DNA of 64,000 nt from Eutreptiella sp. 'Long Island Sound 2002'. Its lineage: Eukaryota; Protista; Euglenida. The translations under genes were made by a program, and so were the position numbers. The stretch lies in assembly GCA_964036045.1 (NCBI GenBank), contig OZ038378.1, positions 162,750,001 through 162,814,000 of the forward strand. The letters run 5' to 3'. The notes under the pieces were generated by a model that was not told the DNA's origin, searched no databases, and saw nothing but the letters and a program-made list of their open reading frames with translations. Positions 28,026 to 38,107 of this stretch are shown piece after piece (positions within the stretch are counted from its first letter, which is position 1; each line of letters begins with the position of its first letter).

Positions 28026-29879
28026 GGTTGTTGTGGTTGTTGTTGTTGTTGTGTTGTTTTTGTTGTTGTTGTTGTTTTTGTTGTTGTTGTTGTCATTGTT
28101 GTTGTTGTTGTTTTTGTTGTTGTTGTTGTTGTTGTTGTTGTTATTGTTGTTGTTGTTGTTGTTGTTGTGGTTGTTGTTGTTGTTGTTGTTGTGGTTGTGG
28201 TTGTTGTTTTTGTAGGTGGTGTTGTTGTTGCTGTTGTTGTCCGCCTTGTCCACGATCTCATGACACCAATGCAGAACCCGGGCGTCGGGTGCAATGGTCT
28301 CGACTGTAGTCCGCCGTCTCGCATGCGTTGTGCAAAGCTGCACATTGATATTGTTGCCGGTGGGTAGTGTTTTGCTGGGAACGGGTACGCCCCCGCCGCT
28401 GCTTACGCGTTGAACGCTCATGAATTGTCGCCTTGGTGTTCTGTTGCCCGAATGCCGGGCGCATGCGGATGTACTATTAATGGTTTTTTTTGGATTGAGC
28501 AGAATGGAAAAGATGCCGTCTCATTCGGTGTCCAGCAGTGCAGGAGGGTATCGTTGAGATCGGCCCAACGTGACGACACGAGGGAGGTTCGTCAGGGACA
28601 GCGTGCGGTAAATCAGGGGTGCTCAAGTGGACAAGAATTTTGTTTCCGTTTTCTCAGTGAAGAACACTCCAGACACCCGGTGTTTGGCGAGTGGCGGGCC
28701 ACCGCCGGCGGTTGAATGTTCAAAGACATTTGTCAGTGGTCAACCGGTCAACCGCTGGCCAACCCAATTTCTTTTTCCGTCTCGACGTCTGGCCTTGTGT
28801 GCACCGTTTGGAGACGAGGCCGCTGCGTCCGAGCGGGCGCACAAGGGCCGGCACAGTTCACTCCGTCGAGGGAGTTCGGGGAAGGGGAAGCCCCCCCCCG
28901 TATCGAGACGCGCACTGTCGCCTGGACCGTCTGGGCGTCTCCCGCGCTGGGGAGGGGGGGGGGGGCTGCCTCCAAAGCTGCTGCAACGGCGTCGTACCGA
29001 AGCCCCTTCCGTCGCCCATTCGGACCCACGGCGTTGTGCAGGGGGTCGTGGCCCCGACGGCGATTGCACCGTCCCGACCGTAGTGCCCTCACGGCAGACG
29101 GCAACGAGGCTGCCCGGGACGCCCCCACAGAGAACGGCGGAGGGGCGGCAGACCGGTGGGGGGCCGCTCCCTGAGAAACGGACGGAAGTTGAGAGGAGCG
29201 TGTGAAGAGTCGAGTCCGGGGGCACCACGGCGGACCGCCTGGGGTCGCATGCTCTGCAGGACAGACGCAATGAGGGGCAGTGCCCCCCCCGAGGCGCGTC
29301 GTTGAGACGCATTTTGTCTGATGGAAGGAAGGGAATGCCCCGGGCGTTCGTCACCCCGTCTTTGCTTTCCTTTTCTTTTTTTTGCGCTCATGAGTGCCCT
29401 CAGGCAGCGCGCAAAACAACCGCTCGACCACCGTTGGTTGCCCTCCATCCGCTTTCGGTTCGCTGTCCTACCGCCTTCGGTTACCCTCCAACCGCCGTCG
29501 GTAACCGCTCGAAGATGACTGAGTGCAAGTCACCCGCTTTGTTTTTCCCGCATGAGGGAGCGCCCTGGGAATGCCACCGTGACGGAGATGAAACGCCCTG
29601 CGCATGCGGCCCCGAGCCCAGACCCGCGGCCTGCGTTGTTCAGGGATGCTGGAGATCCAAGGCGGGTGGATGCAGACGTTTGTGCAGGAGGTGCTCCGGA
29701 AAGTGCCAGCGGAGCTCCAAGCGGTGCCTGAAGTGAAAGCGTTTCATAAGAAGGTCGTTGGTCAGCACAAGTGCAGCCGCGAAGAGCTGTCGCAGTTTGT
29801 GCAGTTCGTAGTGGGGCACACCAACATTCAACCGTCATTCAGAGGGGCCAGGCATCCGGAAGGCGAGGGCAGGGGCTGA
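4934..29879 (+). CDS. Multi-exon gene: signal anchor + GT61 glycosyltransferase + PKDCC/POMK-like kinase, about 820 aa (manual model)
   Basis: Exons: 4934-5036, 5824-6070, 6544-6607, 6961-7177, 7421-7572, 7969-8061, 8135-8299, 8999-9146, 15883-15946, 15994-16100, 17452-17714, 20155-20288, 22321-22474, 24321-24389, [25815-25840 and 26326-26350 tentative], 27178-27370, 29644-29879. All junctions are GT-AG and phase-compatible. Total 2460 nt, one open frame. Exons 3-4 and the two micro-exons are the weakest parts. Confidence 0.7.
5824..6070 (+). CDS. Exon 2, luminal N-terminal region
   Basis: Lies inside ORF 5790..6137. C-rich acceptor ...tcacaag| in phase 1 (NAGNAG alternative at 5827). Strong donor GTATGT at 6071, phase 2. 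Confidence 0.6.
6544..7177 (+). CDS. Candidate exons 3 (6544-6607) and 4 (6961-7177)
   Basis: Phases run 2-0 and 0-1. Donors GTGAGG (6608) and GTGTGT (7178). Peptides TSNWCTAGRFHHKSETAFGPW and RPRMDPVQNLY...QFIKEILDCDMPIIYKYL...YPHI. An alternative acceptor exists at 6496. No family motif is recognised. Confidence 0.45.
7421..9146 (+). CDS. GT61 domain exons 5-8 (7421-7572, 7969-8061, 8135-8299, 8999-9146)
   Basis: Spliced peptide ...PGLYYAYQ|YLVEVFDMPERQLLVM...|...LGRSLQFHRACWGPRLE|AAHYLWHGGYFIP... is colinear with POMGNT2 as I recall it (PLFYTLRQF...RLFFM...LGRLLCFSHAFVGL...WYQYGFVQP). Junctions are canonical; the 7421 acceptor has a long poly-T tract. Confidence 0.72.
9610..10680. repeat. 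Three diverged copies of a ~70-bp motif
   Basis: ca(t/c)catttggtgacaa.ggg.g.acat...tgtagcac at ~9619, ~10240 and ~10593. Confidence 0.75.
11102..11602. repeat. ~500-bp self-inverted module left of the palindrome
   Basis: gcggggttagggaccc...tatttggggtcgggaaacac (~11102) is the reverse complement of gtgtttcccgaccccaaaatagg...cccctaaccccgc (~11558-11602). An inner pair lies at ~11222/11465. Confidence 0.7.
11685..14023. mobile_element. Giant palindrome / foldback element with arms of about 1.17-1.19 kb
   Basis: Arms are reverse complements; ORFs 11728+/13694- and 11784-/13608+ give near-identical peptides. The centre is between 12875 and 12876 in gattagaggatat-gtat-atatcctctaatc. No coding homology is visible. 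Confidence 0.9.
14073..14550. repeat. ~480-bp self-inverted module right of the palindrome, related to 11102-11602
   Basis: 14073-14200 is the reverse complement of 14428-14550 (gatgtcatgccc.attttta.cccttccaa.ccctttgtaggccccaaaa). Confidence 0.7.
15097..15782. repeat. (GT)n microsatellites
   Basis: Runs near 15097-15130, 15522-15544 and 15753-15781. Confidence 0.95.
15883..17714 (+). CDS. GT61 C-terminal exons 9-11 (15883-15946, 15994-16100, 17452-17714)
   Basis: Peptide VQIVHSSRNVSD|IGLKQL...VRLDHLPVKQQIELLADT|DVLVAPKGDPLYSLVHLREGATVIE...LCRALGLKY fits the DUF563/GT61 pattern (R.I.N...EQ..L....DVLV..HG..L..L..GA.VIE..A..LGL.Y). The 16101-17451 GT-AG intron rebuilds a GAT (Asp) codon. Alternative: a single exon 15918-16100. 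Confidence 0.8.
16350..16740. repeat. 30-bp minisatellite
   Basis: Unit cacaatgtgtgaggagcaggggccacactc, about 10-12 copies, degenerating rightwards. Confidence 0.92.
16810..16905. mobile_element. 96-bp MITE with CAGGGCTTCTTT termini (hAT-like)
   Basis: TIR cagggcttcttt...aaagaagccctg. Flanks ccctaccc and ccctatcc form an 8-bp TSD with one mismatch. Confidence 0.7.
20155..24389 (+). CDS. Kinase N-lobe exons (20155-20288, 22321-22474, 24321-24389)
   Basis: TLGCEGVKLW...NGWWKRVWIVSPGVAKVPFR|ASSSYWVRMWREIEAIRNFTNPFTAKLLGLC...YLFMQESLPGDMD|ALTNNTFVNALSGYLHLWPTQKQ. Contains a Gly-loop equivalent GWWKRVW, a beta3 Lys (VAK) and an alphaC Glu (REIE). Phases 0-2, 2-0 and 0-0; donors GTGTGC, GTATGT, GTACCT. 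Confidence 0.8.
20433..20730. mobile_element. MITE-like element with CACGGGG...CCCCGTG ends
   Basis: Imperfect TIR around ggtcc.t..atgcgacc / ggtcgcat.aggacc. Related pieces at ~56200-56305 and ~57955-58083. No TSD seen. Confidence 0.6.
21896..21942. repeat. (CCT)n microsatellite
   Basis: About 15 units. Confidence 0.95.
23636..23970. repeat. 21-bp minisatellite
   Basis: Unit cataggtacctatcgtttggg, about 15 copies. It produces the spurious GHRYLSF repeat ORFs. Confidence 0.93.
24464..24678. mobile_element. 215-bp MITE with a 19-bp TIR and 7-bp TSD
   Basis: cagggatgcattggaaggg...cccttctaatgcatccctg (one mismatch). ccccagc flanks both sides (24457-24463 and 24679-24685). Confidence 0.85.
25009..25298. 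repeat. 48-bp minisatellite built from caaccgc/caatcgc heptamers
   Basis: About 6 copies of accaaccgccaccaaccgccaatcgccaatcgccaccaaccgccaaac. Confidence 0.92.
27178..27370 (+). CDS. Kinase catalytic exon
   Basis: VLYAFYGDAGAKNWRFARDGGLRMFDFDSLFIVLANTACGSESYC...CVQGRCDPK. Catalytic D...N, DFD in place of DFG, and Cys pairs like PKDCC (PC...DC...C..GWC). Bounded by cag| and |GTGCGT. Confidence 0.8.
27648..28236. repeat. ~590-bp (GTT)n microsatellite
   Basis: Near-pure GTT with occasional 1-nt slips; lies in the last intron of the GT61-kinase model. Confidence 0.98.
29644..29879 (+). CDS. Terminal exon of the kinase domain
   Basis: Acceptor gttgttcag|, phase 1, matching the previous exon. Peptide GMLEIQGGWMQTFVQEVLRK...REELSQFVQFVVGH..., stop TGA at 29877-29879. 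Confidence 0.7.
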
Positions 29880-31204
29880 GCTGACCTTTGTTGCCGTTGT
29901 GTGACGTGTCCGGCGGCGCCGTATCCTCCAGTCGAACTCGGCCCGTGCATGGGGGATTGCAGTGCAGGAGGAGGAGGGGGGACCTGTGACCCAGGCCTTG
30001 CTGGCCCCTTCGGCCTGAGCCGCGGGGAACGCCGGTCACTCAAACTGCACCCCGTTTGCTGTGCCTCAGCATAGGGGCATTCCCACAGTGAGCCTGACAG
30101 GAGGGGGTGGTGCAGGGCATTGGAGGCCCTCAACGGCATGGGGCGGGAGGGGCATGCGCCTCAACGATGAGCCTCCCATGGTCCCGGGTCCCAAAAACAG
30201 TCGACGCTCCTTTTGATTTTTTTTTGAAAACGAGGTTTCATCAAAACGGACGGTAAATGGGCACTTTTCTGACTTACCTTGACGCACCGCACTCTGCGCA
30301 CGGAGCCCCATGTTGCGTCGGAGGTGGGGAGTGAGACCTGGTAGCACCCCTACCCCCTACGCGACCTTCGGCCAATTTTTTTTTGTGGGTGGCTGAGGAG
30401 ACCCCCGGGAGACCTGAGTACAAAGGCAAGGGAGGAACGCATTCAGTCGCGCGTGCGATGCGAGCGCACGCATGGCACAGCCTCTCTCTTGGATAGTGAA
30501 CGCTGAGGTTTCCACAAGCAGCTCATGCATGTGCAGTGCCCCTGGCGTTCATGGACCCGCCTCTGCTGCTTCCCCAAGCAAACCGACACACTTCCGAGTC
30601 CCCAGTTCAAACGTCACGGGGTTCATGTGTAAATTGATTACTCACCACCGGATTCATGTGTAAATTGATTACTCACCACCGTGTCGGCAGGGGCCACACC
30701 ATCTCGCTACGATGTCATGTTCCCCATCGTGCGCGTACAAGGGGCCATGAAACTTGACTGCTTACCCCATTGACCTGTGCCCTAACCCTGACCTAAGGTA
30801 CTAAACAGCAGTCAGCTCCGACCAGCCCCTGACAACATGTGTATTTGGTTTGGTACAACCTTCGTTCTTGTCGGTTGTGGCCGCCTCGCCCGTCATGTGA
30901 ACTTACTTGTGGTCCTCAGCGCCCGGTGCACCGACCGTCCACTGTGACTTGAGCATCACACCCCCACCAGAGGGCTCAGGACCCGGTCTGCCCCAAGTAG
31001 CCCCTGGAACTCACACAGGCTTGTTTGTATGTGCACTGTCTCACCTGCCGAGCGGGAAGGAACCGTTGTCCTTTTGCTGTTTCCACATCTTCCCCAAGTT
31101 CGGGATCCTGCACTCTCAACAGGACTCCTCTGCACGACCGGCCCACTGGCAGGGACTGAGGCACCACTCCACGGAGCACCGAGCACCAATAATTGGGCGA
31201 CCTG

Positions 31205-31484
31205 AAAATTGCTCTGCGGGGGGGGGGTGACATGGACGCCCGCCGAAGGAGGGGGGGGGGGTTGGAGAAATGGGGTTCCGTGTCGGGCCCTTTGTTTTGT
31301 GTAAGAACGGATGTTGGCGCCGAAGGTGCAGGAACACAAAATTTGGCCCGAAAAAGTTTTTTTCCACCAATAACCCCCCCCCCCCTGCCCTGAACCTCCC
31401 CTCCTGTCACGGCGGCCAAGGAGGGGGGGGGGTTGGGAAAATGGGCTTCCGTGTCACCCCCCCCCCCCCGCAGAGCAATTTTTT
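31205..31484. mobile_element. ~280-bp MITE-like element
   Basis: TIR aaaattgctctgc(G)n tgaca.gga ... tcc.tgtca(C)n gcagagcaatttt. Confidence 0.75.
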
Positions 31485-31802
31485 TCCCGCCTTGTCCCGT
31501 TGCCCCGGGCATGCCCTCCCGTTTTGCGTGCACCGCGCAGTGAAGGTAGCGGTGTTCGAAGGGCCTTGTTGAAGAGTACAGTAGCAGCGGCGGCCTCCAA
31601 TGAGGGTGACGTGCCTGGCAGGGCGCAGTAGCCCCTGCCAGGCCCTTGACGCTGACCCGGGCATCCCACCTGCCGGAGGGAAGGGGGCCACAGAGGCTAC
31701 AGCTGGTGCAACGTTCTCTTGTGTGTGTGTGCGTGAGGGGCATGCATGCACGTGACCCTCTCCTCCAAGAACACGGCATATGGCGCCATGTGGCAATGGA
31801 GG

Positions 31803-32606
31803 CAGAGGGGGGGGGGGGAATGCGGTCCGCATTTTTCCGCATTTTCCGCATTTTTTTTCGCATTTTCCAGGCAGGTCCCTTAGTGTAATGTTCAAGAGGA
31901 AACATTCTAGTGGCATTGTCTTGTAGTCAGTTAGTTGTGAGGAACAATAGGTTTTGTGGGCGCCAGAGGCGCCGGAGAATTTTTTTTTAGGCAGACGGCA
32001 GGGGGAAATTTTTTTTGTTTGACCCTATGTGTCTATGCTCAAAATACTCAGAATTTTGTGGAGAATTCAAAAATGGATGAAAAACACAAAAAAGGATATT
32101 GACCCCGACCCGACCTCCGGGTCGGACCTTGGCTGATGGGAGCCTGAGTTGATGGGCAAATTTTTTTTGAAAAAAACTTTCCCCAGTTGTGTATATTCAA
32201 AATGAACAGCGTGTCACGGGGATCCTTTTGAGGCATGTATGTTGGGGTATCCCCCCCCCCCCCCGGGGAGCCCGGCGGTTGGGGTCAATGGGGGAGCACC
32301 TGATGCGGCACGAACATTTAGCAGTCTGGCCTGACCAAGCAGTTGCAGCTTCTGCCCCTAGCGGTTTTGAGCCTAGTCCGTGATATTCTTGAGTTGAACT
32401 ACTGCACTAAGTTGTTCCATCAAACCGTCCATGCTTTGAGCGCCCAATTGTGCAAGACGAGACGAAACATAGGGGTTTCGAGGGGCAAACACCATTCTAA
32501 CAAAACCGCATTTTCTGTCGCATTTTTTGCCGCATTTTCCGCATTTTTTCCGCATTTTTCCGCATTTTTTGCCAATCCCGGCGACCGCATTTTCCCCCCC
32601 CCTCTG
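31803..32606. mobile_element. ~800-bp non-autonomous TIR element
   Basis: Ends cagag(G)n aatgcggtc ... gaccgcatttt(C)n tctg, subterminal ttttccgca arrays, and tggagg flanking both sides (6 bp). Confidence 0.7.
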
Positions 32607-35054
32607 TGGAGGGTGGCGCCAGGCCGCGTGTGTTGCTATCCTCGGTGTATGAGAGGCGGCTGTGTGGATATGATCAGGAGATCTGGGGATGATGGCCTTT
32701 GCAACACTTCCTGCAGCAACTGGTCTTATGAAGTGACAAGAAGCTGGCCAACGAGCCCCTGGTGATGCCCTCAGAGTACTTGCGGAGAAAAGGTGGCTCA
32801 CACACTAATGACACTGCTTGTCTTGCTACCGTTGGTTCACGCCGCGTGCACTAGTAGAAGGTATGCGCATCCCAGGGACAGTGTGGATGTATCCATGGAC
32901 TCGGTGTGTTCGCATGGGCTGTGTTAGCGAGCCGAGACCGGGCGCACTGTGCGCGCACCATGCAGGCTGCTCTTCTTGTTTGTGGCCGTAGCCTAGTGTT
33001 TTGCTTCTTTCAGTCCTCAGGCACGGTGCTCTCCTCACGGCACACGGGACATAAGTTTGGATGCGCTTTCTCTGCACGTACATGCTTGCCCTTGCTTCTC
33101 GTTGGTTTCTCCACATTCATCTCCCAATCCTGGTGCCCATCACCAAAGTCTTCTTTAGCTTGCCAGTGGTGCGAGCAGCTTGAGGTCGTGGTGAGGCCAA
33201 AAATCATCATCACCCTGTCTAATTGCTGTTCTCGTGCAGGGAAGTTCCAAGTTTCAGAGTTGTGGACCAGGTACCTCCGAGACGTAGGGCATGCTGTTCA
33301 GGCAGTGCGCATGCAGTGCAAAGTTTTGTATATTGGTCAACTCTACTTCCACTTGACTCTATTTTGCATTTGCAGGCAGACCAGGTACCAACCCTATGGT
33401 CCATAGCCTCATGTGCCCGAGTCTCTTTGGGCACAGGAGGAAGCCTCTAAGGAGGATGAGGACAACGATGGTGGTGTTTGCTGCCAATTGTGTGGCCACC
33501 ATTCATTCAACTACATTCAAGTACAAGGATGAAGGATGCACTCAGCTGACTATTTTCCATGTGGCTATTGCTGCTTTGCCCTGTTGTCCAGGTGACTGGT
33601 GTTGGATGGGCTTCCCTCCCGGTCGAATTCACTGCATGTGCGCAGTGTGCACGCAGTGCATCGACTTTCTCTGGGGGGCAAGGGTTTGCTACAATTTGTT
33701 GAGAAACTTGCATTTTTGCGCAGACCCTTCATTTTCCCTGACCAGGGCTGTGGGTTGCGCAAGCAGTCACAAATACGGAGGAATGTGGAAAAAGCATAAC
33801 CGACTCCTTCCATTCGGAGGAATTGATGGGCACATGAATTTGTTTGCCAAGAGCCTGTCTGTGTGCTACTGCAGTAGTCAATGCTTGCTCGGATTGATGA
33901 CGCGTGAGAGTGCTGATGGCAGATCAGTGGTTTCACTGTTGATACATTTCTGTAGTGCAGCAGAAGAGGATTGGTGAGGAATCTGTCAAAATCCCGGTGC
34001 CGGGCCAGAATTCAGCATATAAGCCCTTATCCCAAGAATTTGTAATTCTGCGGATGATACTTGTGCTGTCTGCGACCGAGCGTGTATGCCCGTGGTTGAG
34101 TGTTGAAGTAATGAGGCTTCCAATCATTTGTGGAGGACATTTCTGATATTTTCATCGATTTTCTATAAGGCTGCAGAGCAATCGAAAACACCGAGCACAA
34201 ACATCACCATATAAATCATTATAAATCATAAATCATGATAAATCATTCATTCAGGCCAAACGATTTCTGCTCGAATTCCCCGTCAACTTCAATAGGACAG
34301 TGTCGGAGGCCTCTGTGGTCAATGTTTTCTCACCTCTGGCATGCCGTTCGCAATGATGGGTGCTAGGTTGCAAACAATGATGACGACTTTTTCATGCGAT
34401 GCTCTACAGCTCTCCTCAAATTGTCGGTCTGATGCAGAAGAGTATTTTCACAGAACAATGGTGTGTGGGGAAGTGTTGGACGCTCGAGGTTGCAAGGAGG
34501 GGCAAAATGAAGCGTGGAAACAGTTCTTCACAAATCCATCAACTAGTTTTTGCCGGGGACTGGACCCATTTATCGTACGAACCCCCAAACCTACAAAAAC
34601 CCAACCGCCTCCCACCGCACCGCAAAGTCTCACCAGTGATTTTACGTGATTTTGGGACCTCAAGCCATATGATTTGTGCTTTTTCACTGTTGTGCAAGCT
34701 GAATGGTTCCTGTCCATCTATGGCATGGACCATGCTCCAATTGGACTTGCCTTTGCCTCTGTGGCTTGTCAATCGAACACTGGGATTTGAGAACCGATCC
34801 CCAAATGGTGATGGTGAGTGAAAATCCCTCTCAGTTTACATCGCAAATTATTTGGAGGGAGGTGGAGTGCAAACAAGGAGCCAATGATGGAATTTCATGG
34901 GATCTCTCAAACAAGTGGGACATGCCATCATCATACAATTCCGCCCCGGTGTTGTGCATGAGGCTACAACCCGGGGACCTGCCCCCCCCTTCCCGTTCTG
35001 ATGGTGGAATGGTGCCTTTTTGATGTCACAGGCACTTTTGTTGTGCCCCGGCTC

Positions 35055-36725
35055 ATGATGGGGCACATTGCTCTGCTCCCTCATCTGCTCGTAAGCGCCC
35101 TCTTTGTCGTATCCCTGGGGTTCACATCGGCCACGCCCACTGAAAAGCCCACGCCGGACCAGTTGTGGGCCAACTTCACACGGAACCACAACGACTGGCT
35201 CCAGGGCCAACAGTACTGCCTCAAATGGTGCAAGAGGGCGCAGCTGAATGCAACGGCCAATGTTTTCAGCGATTTTGAGGTTGGGTCCGGGAGCTGGAGC
35301 CGTGCCATGGCACTCCCGCCCTACGAGGGCGAAAACCAGCAGAACACCGCGCGCGTATTCAACCGGACCTGCTGCCACGTGTGCACTCAGGAATGCTTCA
35401 CCACAGTTCGCGACAGCCGCGCGGAGGAGCACACGGCAGACGTGACGCTTGCGACGGTGGTCACAATGGAACGGCTTGATGCGGTGGTGCAGATGCGGAA
35501 GGTCTGGTCAGGACCCATGGTGCTGATGTTCTACTTTCTGGTGCTTCCCACTGGGCCCACCAACAACACTGCCGAGGTTGCAACTGCGCGGCAGCAGATC
35601 CGCACCCTCGTGGCCAAATGGCCCCAGACGCTGGTGCTGGAGTACGTGCACCGCTCTCACCTGGAGCTGCCGCTCCTGCCCATTAACGCGCTGCGCAACG
35701 CAGCCCTGGATTGCGCGCGCACGCGCTACCTTTTCCCGGTGGATGCCGACTTCCTTCCGTCGGTGGGGATGCACGATGCACTGCAGAATGCTGCACGCGA
35801 GCTCCTGAATAAGGGCGCGCGCGCGCTCGTCGTGCCGCATTTCGAAGTTACGGAGTGTCGCGTCGTAGTGATGCGGCTGAAGACAGCGGATGAGTATCCA
35901 AGAAACTTCACAGCGCTGCACCAGATGCTCGGTCAAGGCGTTATGCGGCCGTTCCATGCCGAGACATTAGAGATTCTCACAGGCCTCCGAGGGCTCCCGA
36001 AGAATTACGGGTGCCCGAGGAAACCGCCGCAGCTCGTGCACAACATTGAGGGCATCCGTGTCACGCGATATGACCTGTGGTACGACGCGAGTCGCGTGCT
36101 CGAGGGACGGAACGCGACGGAGCTGCCCAGGGGACGTCCATGGCCGGCGGGTAGCATGGGCAATGCGACGGAGTGGTTCCAGCTCGATGCGTCTGAAACC
36201 GATAACCTCTGCGACAGAAAGAACCCAACCTACATCGACCGGTGGGAGCCGTACGTGTGCTTCGGCCGTGTGTCCGCTAAGGGGCTGGTGATGCGCTACA
36301 ACGAACTGCTCGTGGGGCGCTTCTACAACAAAGTGCAGCTCGTTTCGGCGCTGAGGGCCAAGCGCTTCCGCTTCTACACGCTGCTGCGGCACTTCCTGGC
36401 GCACAAGTCCCACAGGCCGTCCCGCTGGCAGCGGAAGCTGGGGGGCTGGTTCGCGGTGCGCATGCGGCTGCTGGTGGACAGCAGCTTGAGGGACGTCAAG
36501 CGCAGTTTCGGCGGCTGCGATGCGAACAACCTCAAGCTGGTGGCGAAAGGGAAAAGGCCCTTGGTCAAAGACAAATTGTTGGTGGAGGTGCGCCCCCTCG
36601 CGCGTGTGTCAGGGGAGACCGGGCAACGGTCCTCGGACATCGGTCCAGCTGAACCGCGCCCCGAGCGCCCTCCTTTGTCGTGTGTGCAGCCTTCTGCCTC
36701 CCTGCCTCCATGGCCCACCCCCTGA
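35055..36725 (+). CDS. GT49-family glycosyltransferase (LARGE C-terminal / B4GAT1-like), intronless copy A
   Basis: Hydrophobic N-terminus from ATG 35055. ADVTLATVVTMERL...WSGPMVLMFY, PINALRNAA...RYLFPVDADFLPS (DxD), ALVVPHFEV, WEPY and YNELLVGRFYNKVQ...HKSH align with the LARGE GT49 domain as I recall it. Confidence 0.9.
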   Translation: MMGHIALLPHLLVSALFVVSLGFTSATPTEKPTPDQLWANFTRNHNDWLQGQQYCLKWCKRAQLNATANVFSDFEVGSGSWSRAMALPPYEGENQQNTARVFNRTCCHVCTQECFTTVRDSRAEEHTADVTLATVVTMERLDAVVQMRKVWSGPMVLMFYFLVLPTGPTNNTAEVATARQQIRTLVAKWPQTLVLEYVHRSHLELPLLPINALRNAALDCARTRYLFPVDADFLPSVGMHDALQNAARELLNKGARALVVPHFEVTECRVVVMRLKTADEYPRNFTALHQMLGQGVMRPFHAETLEILTGLRGLPKNYGCPRKPPQLVHNIEGIRVTRYDLWYDASRVLEGRNATELPRGRPWPAGSMGNATEWFQLDASETDNLCDRKNPTYIDRWEPYVCFGRVSAKGLVMRYNELLVGRFYNKVQLVSALRAKRFRFYTLLRHFLAHKSHRPSRWQRKLGGWFAVRMRLLVDSSLRDVKRSFGGCDANNLKLVAKGKRPLVKDKLLVEVRPLARVSGETGQRSSDIGPAEPRPERPPLSCVQPSASLPPWPTP

Positions 36726-37674
36726 GGAGGTGGTATGTTCGGCCGCAGGGGAGGGGGCAAGTGGTCCGGGGGGGGGGGGGGGGCAGGTCGCTTGTTTTTC
36801 CTTGATTGGCGACGAGATCGGGGATCCCAAGTATTTCGTGCCAATCACCCCCTGGTTCTCCTCGTTCCTGTATCCTGAAGGGGCAGAGGGCCAAGAGGGG
36901 AGGGTTTGAGTGGGGGGCGGATTGGACGGAGCCCCTGATGTTTGACCCTGGGATGATGATTTTCTGAACTCGGATGATCCCCTACCCTGCCTAGGTTAGG
37001 TCCCGCTCCCACGCGAGGATAGGGAATGGCAGCTGCAGTTGATGCCATGCAGGCTTGGTCAACACCGCAATGCTGTTGGTGTTCTTTACAGCCTCAGGCC
37101 ATTCCGCCTGTTGTGGTGTGGATGTTGAATGCGTTGGTGCCATGACCTGCCACTGCGGTGGGCCAACGCAGCTGCGAGGTGGGGGTGAACAGGGCCTTTG
37201 AAACCGGAGGGGTGGGCCCTTGACCCGGGCCCACACGAAGTGGCGCCAGAAACGCTGCAGCGATGGTGTTTTCAGGGGCAGTGGCCCAATTTATGGAGTG
37301 AATGGGTGAATCGGTGAAAGGAGTGACTGGCACCACAATCTCTCCCTCCCTCCCTCCGTCCCTCCCTCCCACCGATTTTACTCTCCTCCCTTTGTTGGCC
37401 TTGTGGGCAGGCTTGTGGTGGATTGTCTGCAAAACATGTAGCCCCCTGGGAACATATGTCACCGAAAACCCATACCTCACCCTAAGCATAATTGTACAGG
37501 GCACTAGAACACAATGTGCAGCATTTTTCAGCAAGTTCTGGAGGTCCTCACTGCCCAGGAGGACTCAAGCCAATCATGACACAGCCCCTGTTTCCCTCTA
37601 CAATCGGCACACAATCACGTTCCGCTAAGCTTGTGAAAAACCATGTGAAAACCTTGTGAAAAACTGTGGTCAGA

Positions 37675-37875
37675 AAACGATGGTCACACCGGGTCCCGGT
37701 GCTTAGAGAAGGCGGTGCTTGTGCAGGAGGTTGGTACCGCCCTCCGGCGGCAGCAAGCGGTTGGGAGACGTACCAAAGGCGAAGCTTGTGCACCGTGCGG
37801 AACAGCAGCACATCGAACAAGGCTGGAAGCACCGCCTCGTCCAAGCACCAGGACCCGGTGTGACCGTCGTTTTCC
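37675..37875. mobile_element. ~200-bp hairpin / MITE-like element
   Basis: aaaacgatggtcacaccgggtcccggtgctt ... aagcaccaggacccggtgtgaccgtcgtttt, a ~31-bp imperfect TIR. Confidence 0.7.
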
Positions 37876-38107
37876 AGACTGTCCTGGTGCTTGCGCAAGG
37901 GGGGAGGGGTACATTCAACTACATGCCTTCCGCAGCCCAGCAGCGCTTTGGCGTATGGTGATTGGAGGAAGGGTCCCTGGTAAACCCACCAATCGCATTT
38001 TGGGTAGGGCTTTGGCTCTGTGTCTTAACAATTGCCAGCCCCTAGACCCCACAGTGACGGTCGGACCATCTCCTGCACATTTCTGTCCCACTCTTTTTGG
38101 TCTTAGG

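Noticed and set aside
27317-28464. Long poly-L/V/C/T/N/Q ORFs
   Set aside because: They are translations of the (GTT)n microsatellite.
33200-34150. Cys-rich broken ORFs as a transposase
   Set aside because: They look like decayed coding sequence, but I could not identify a catalytic motif.
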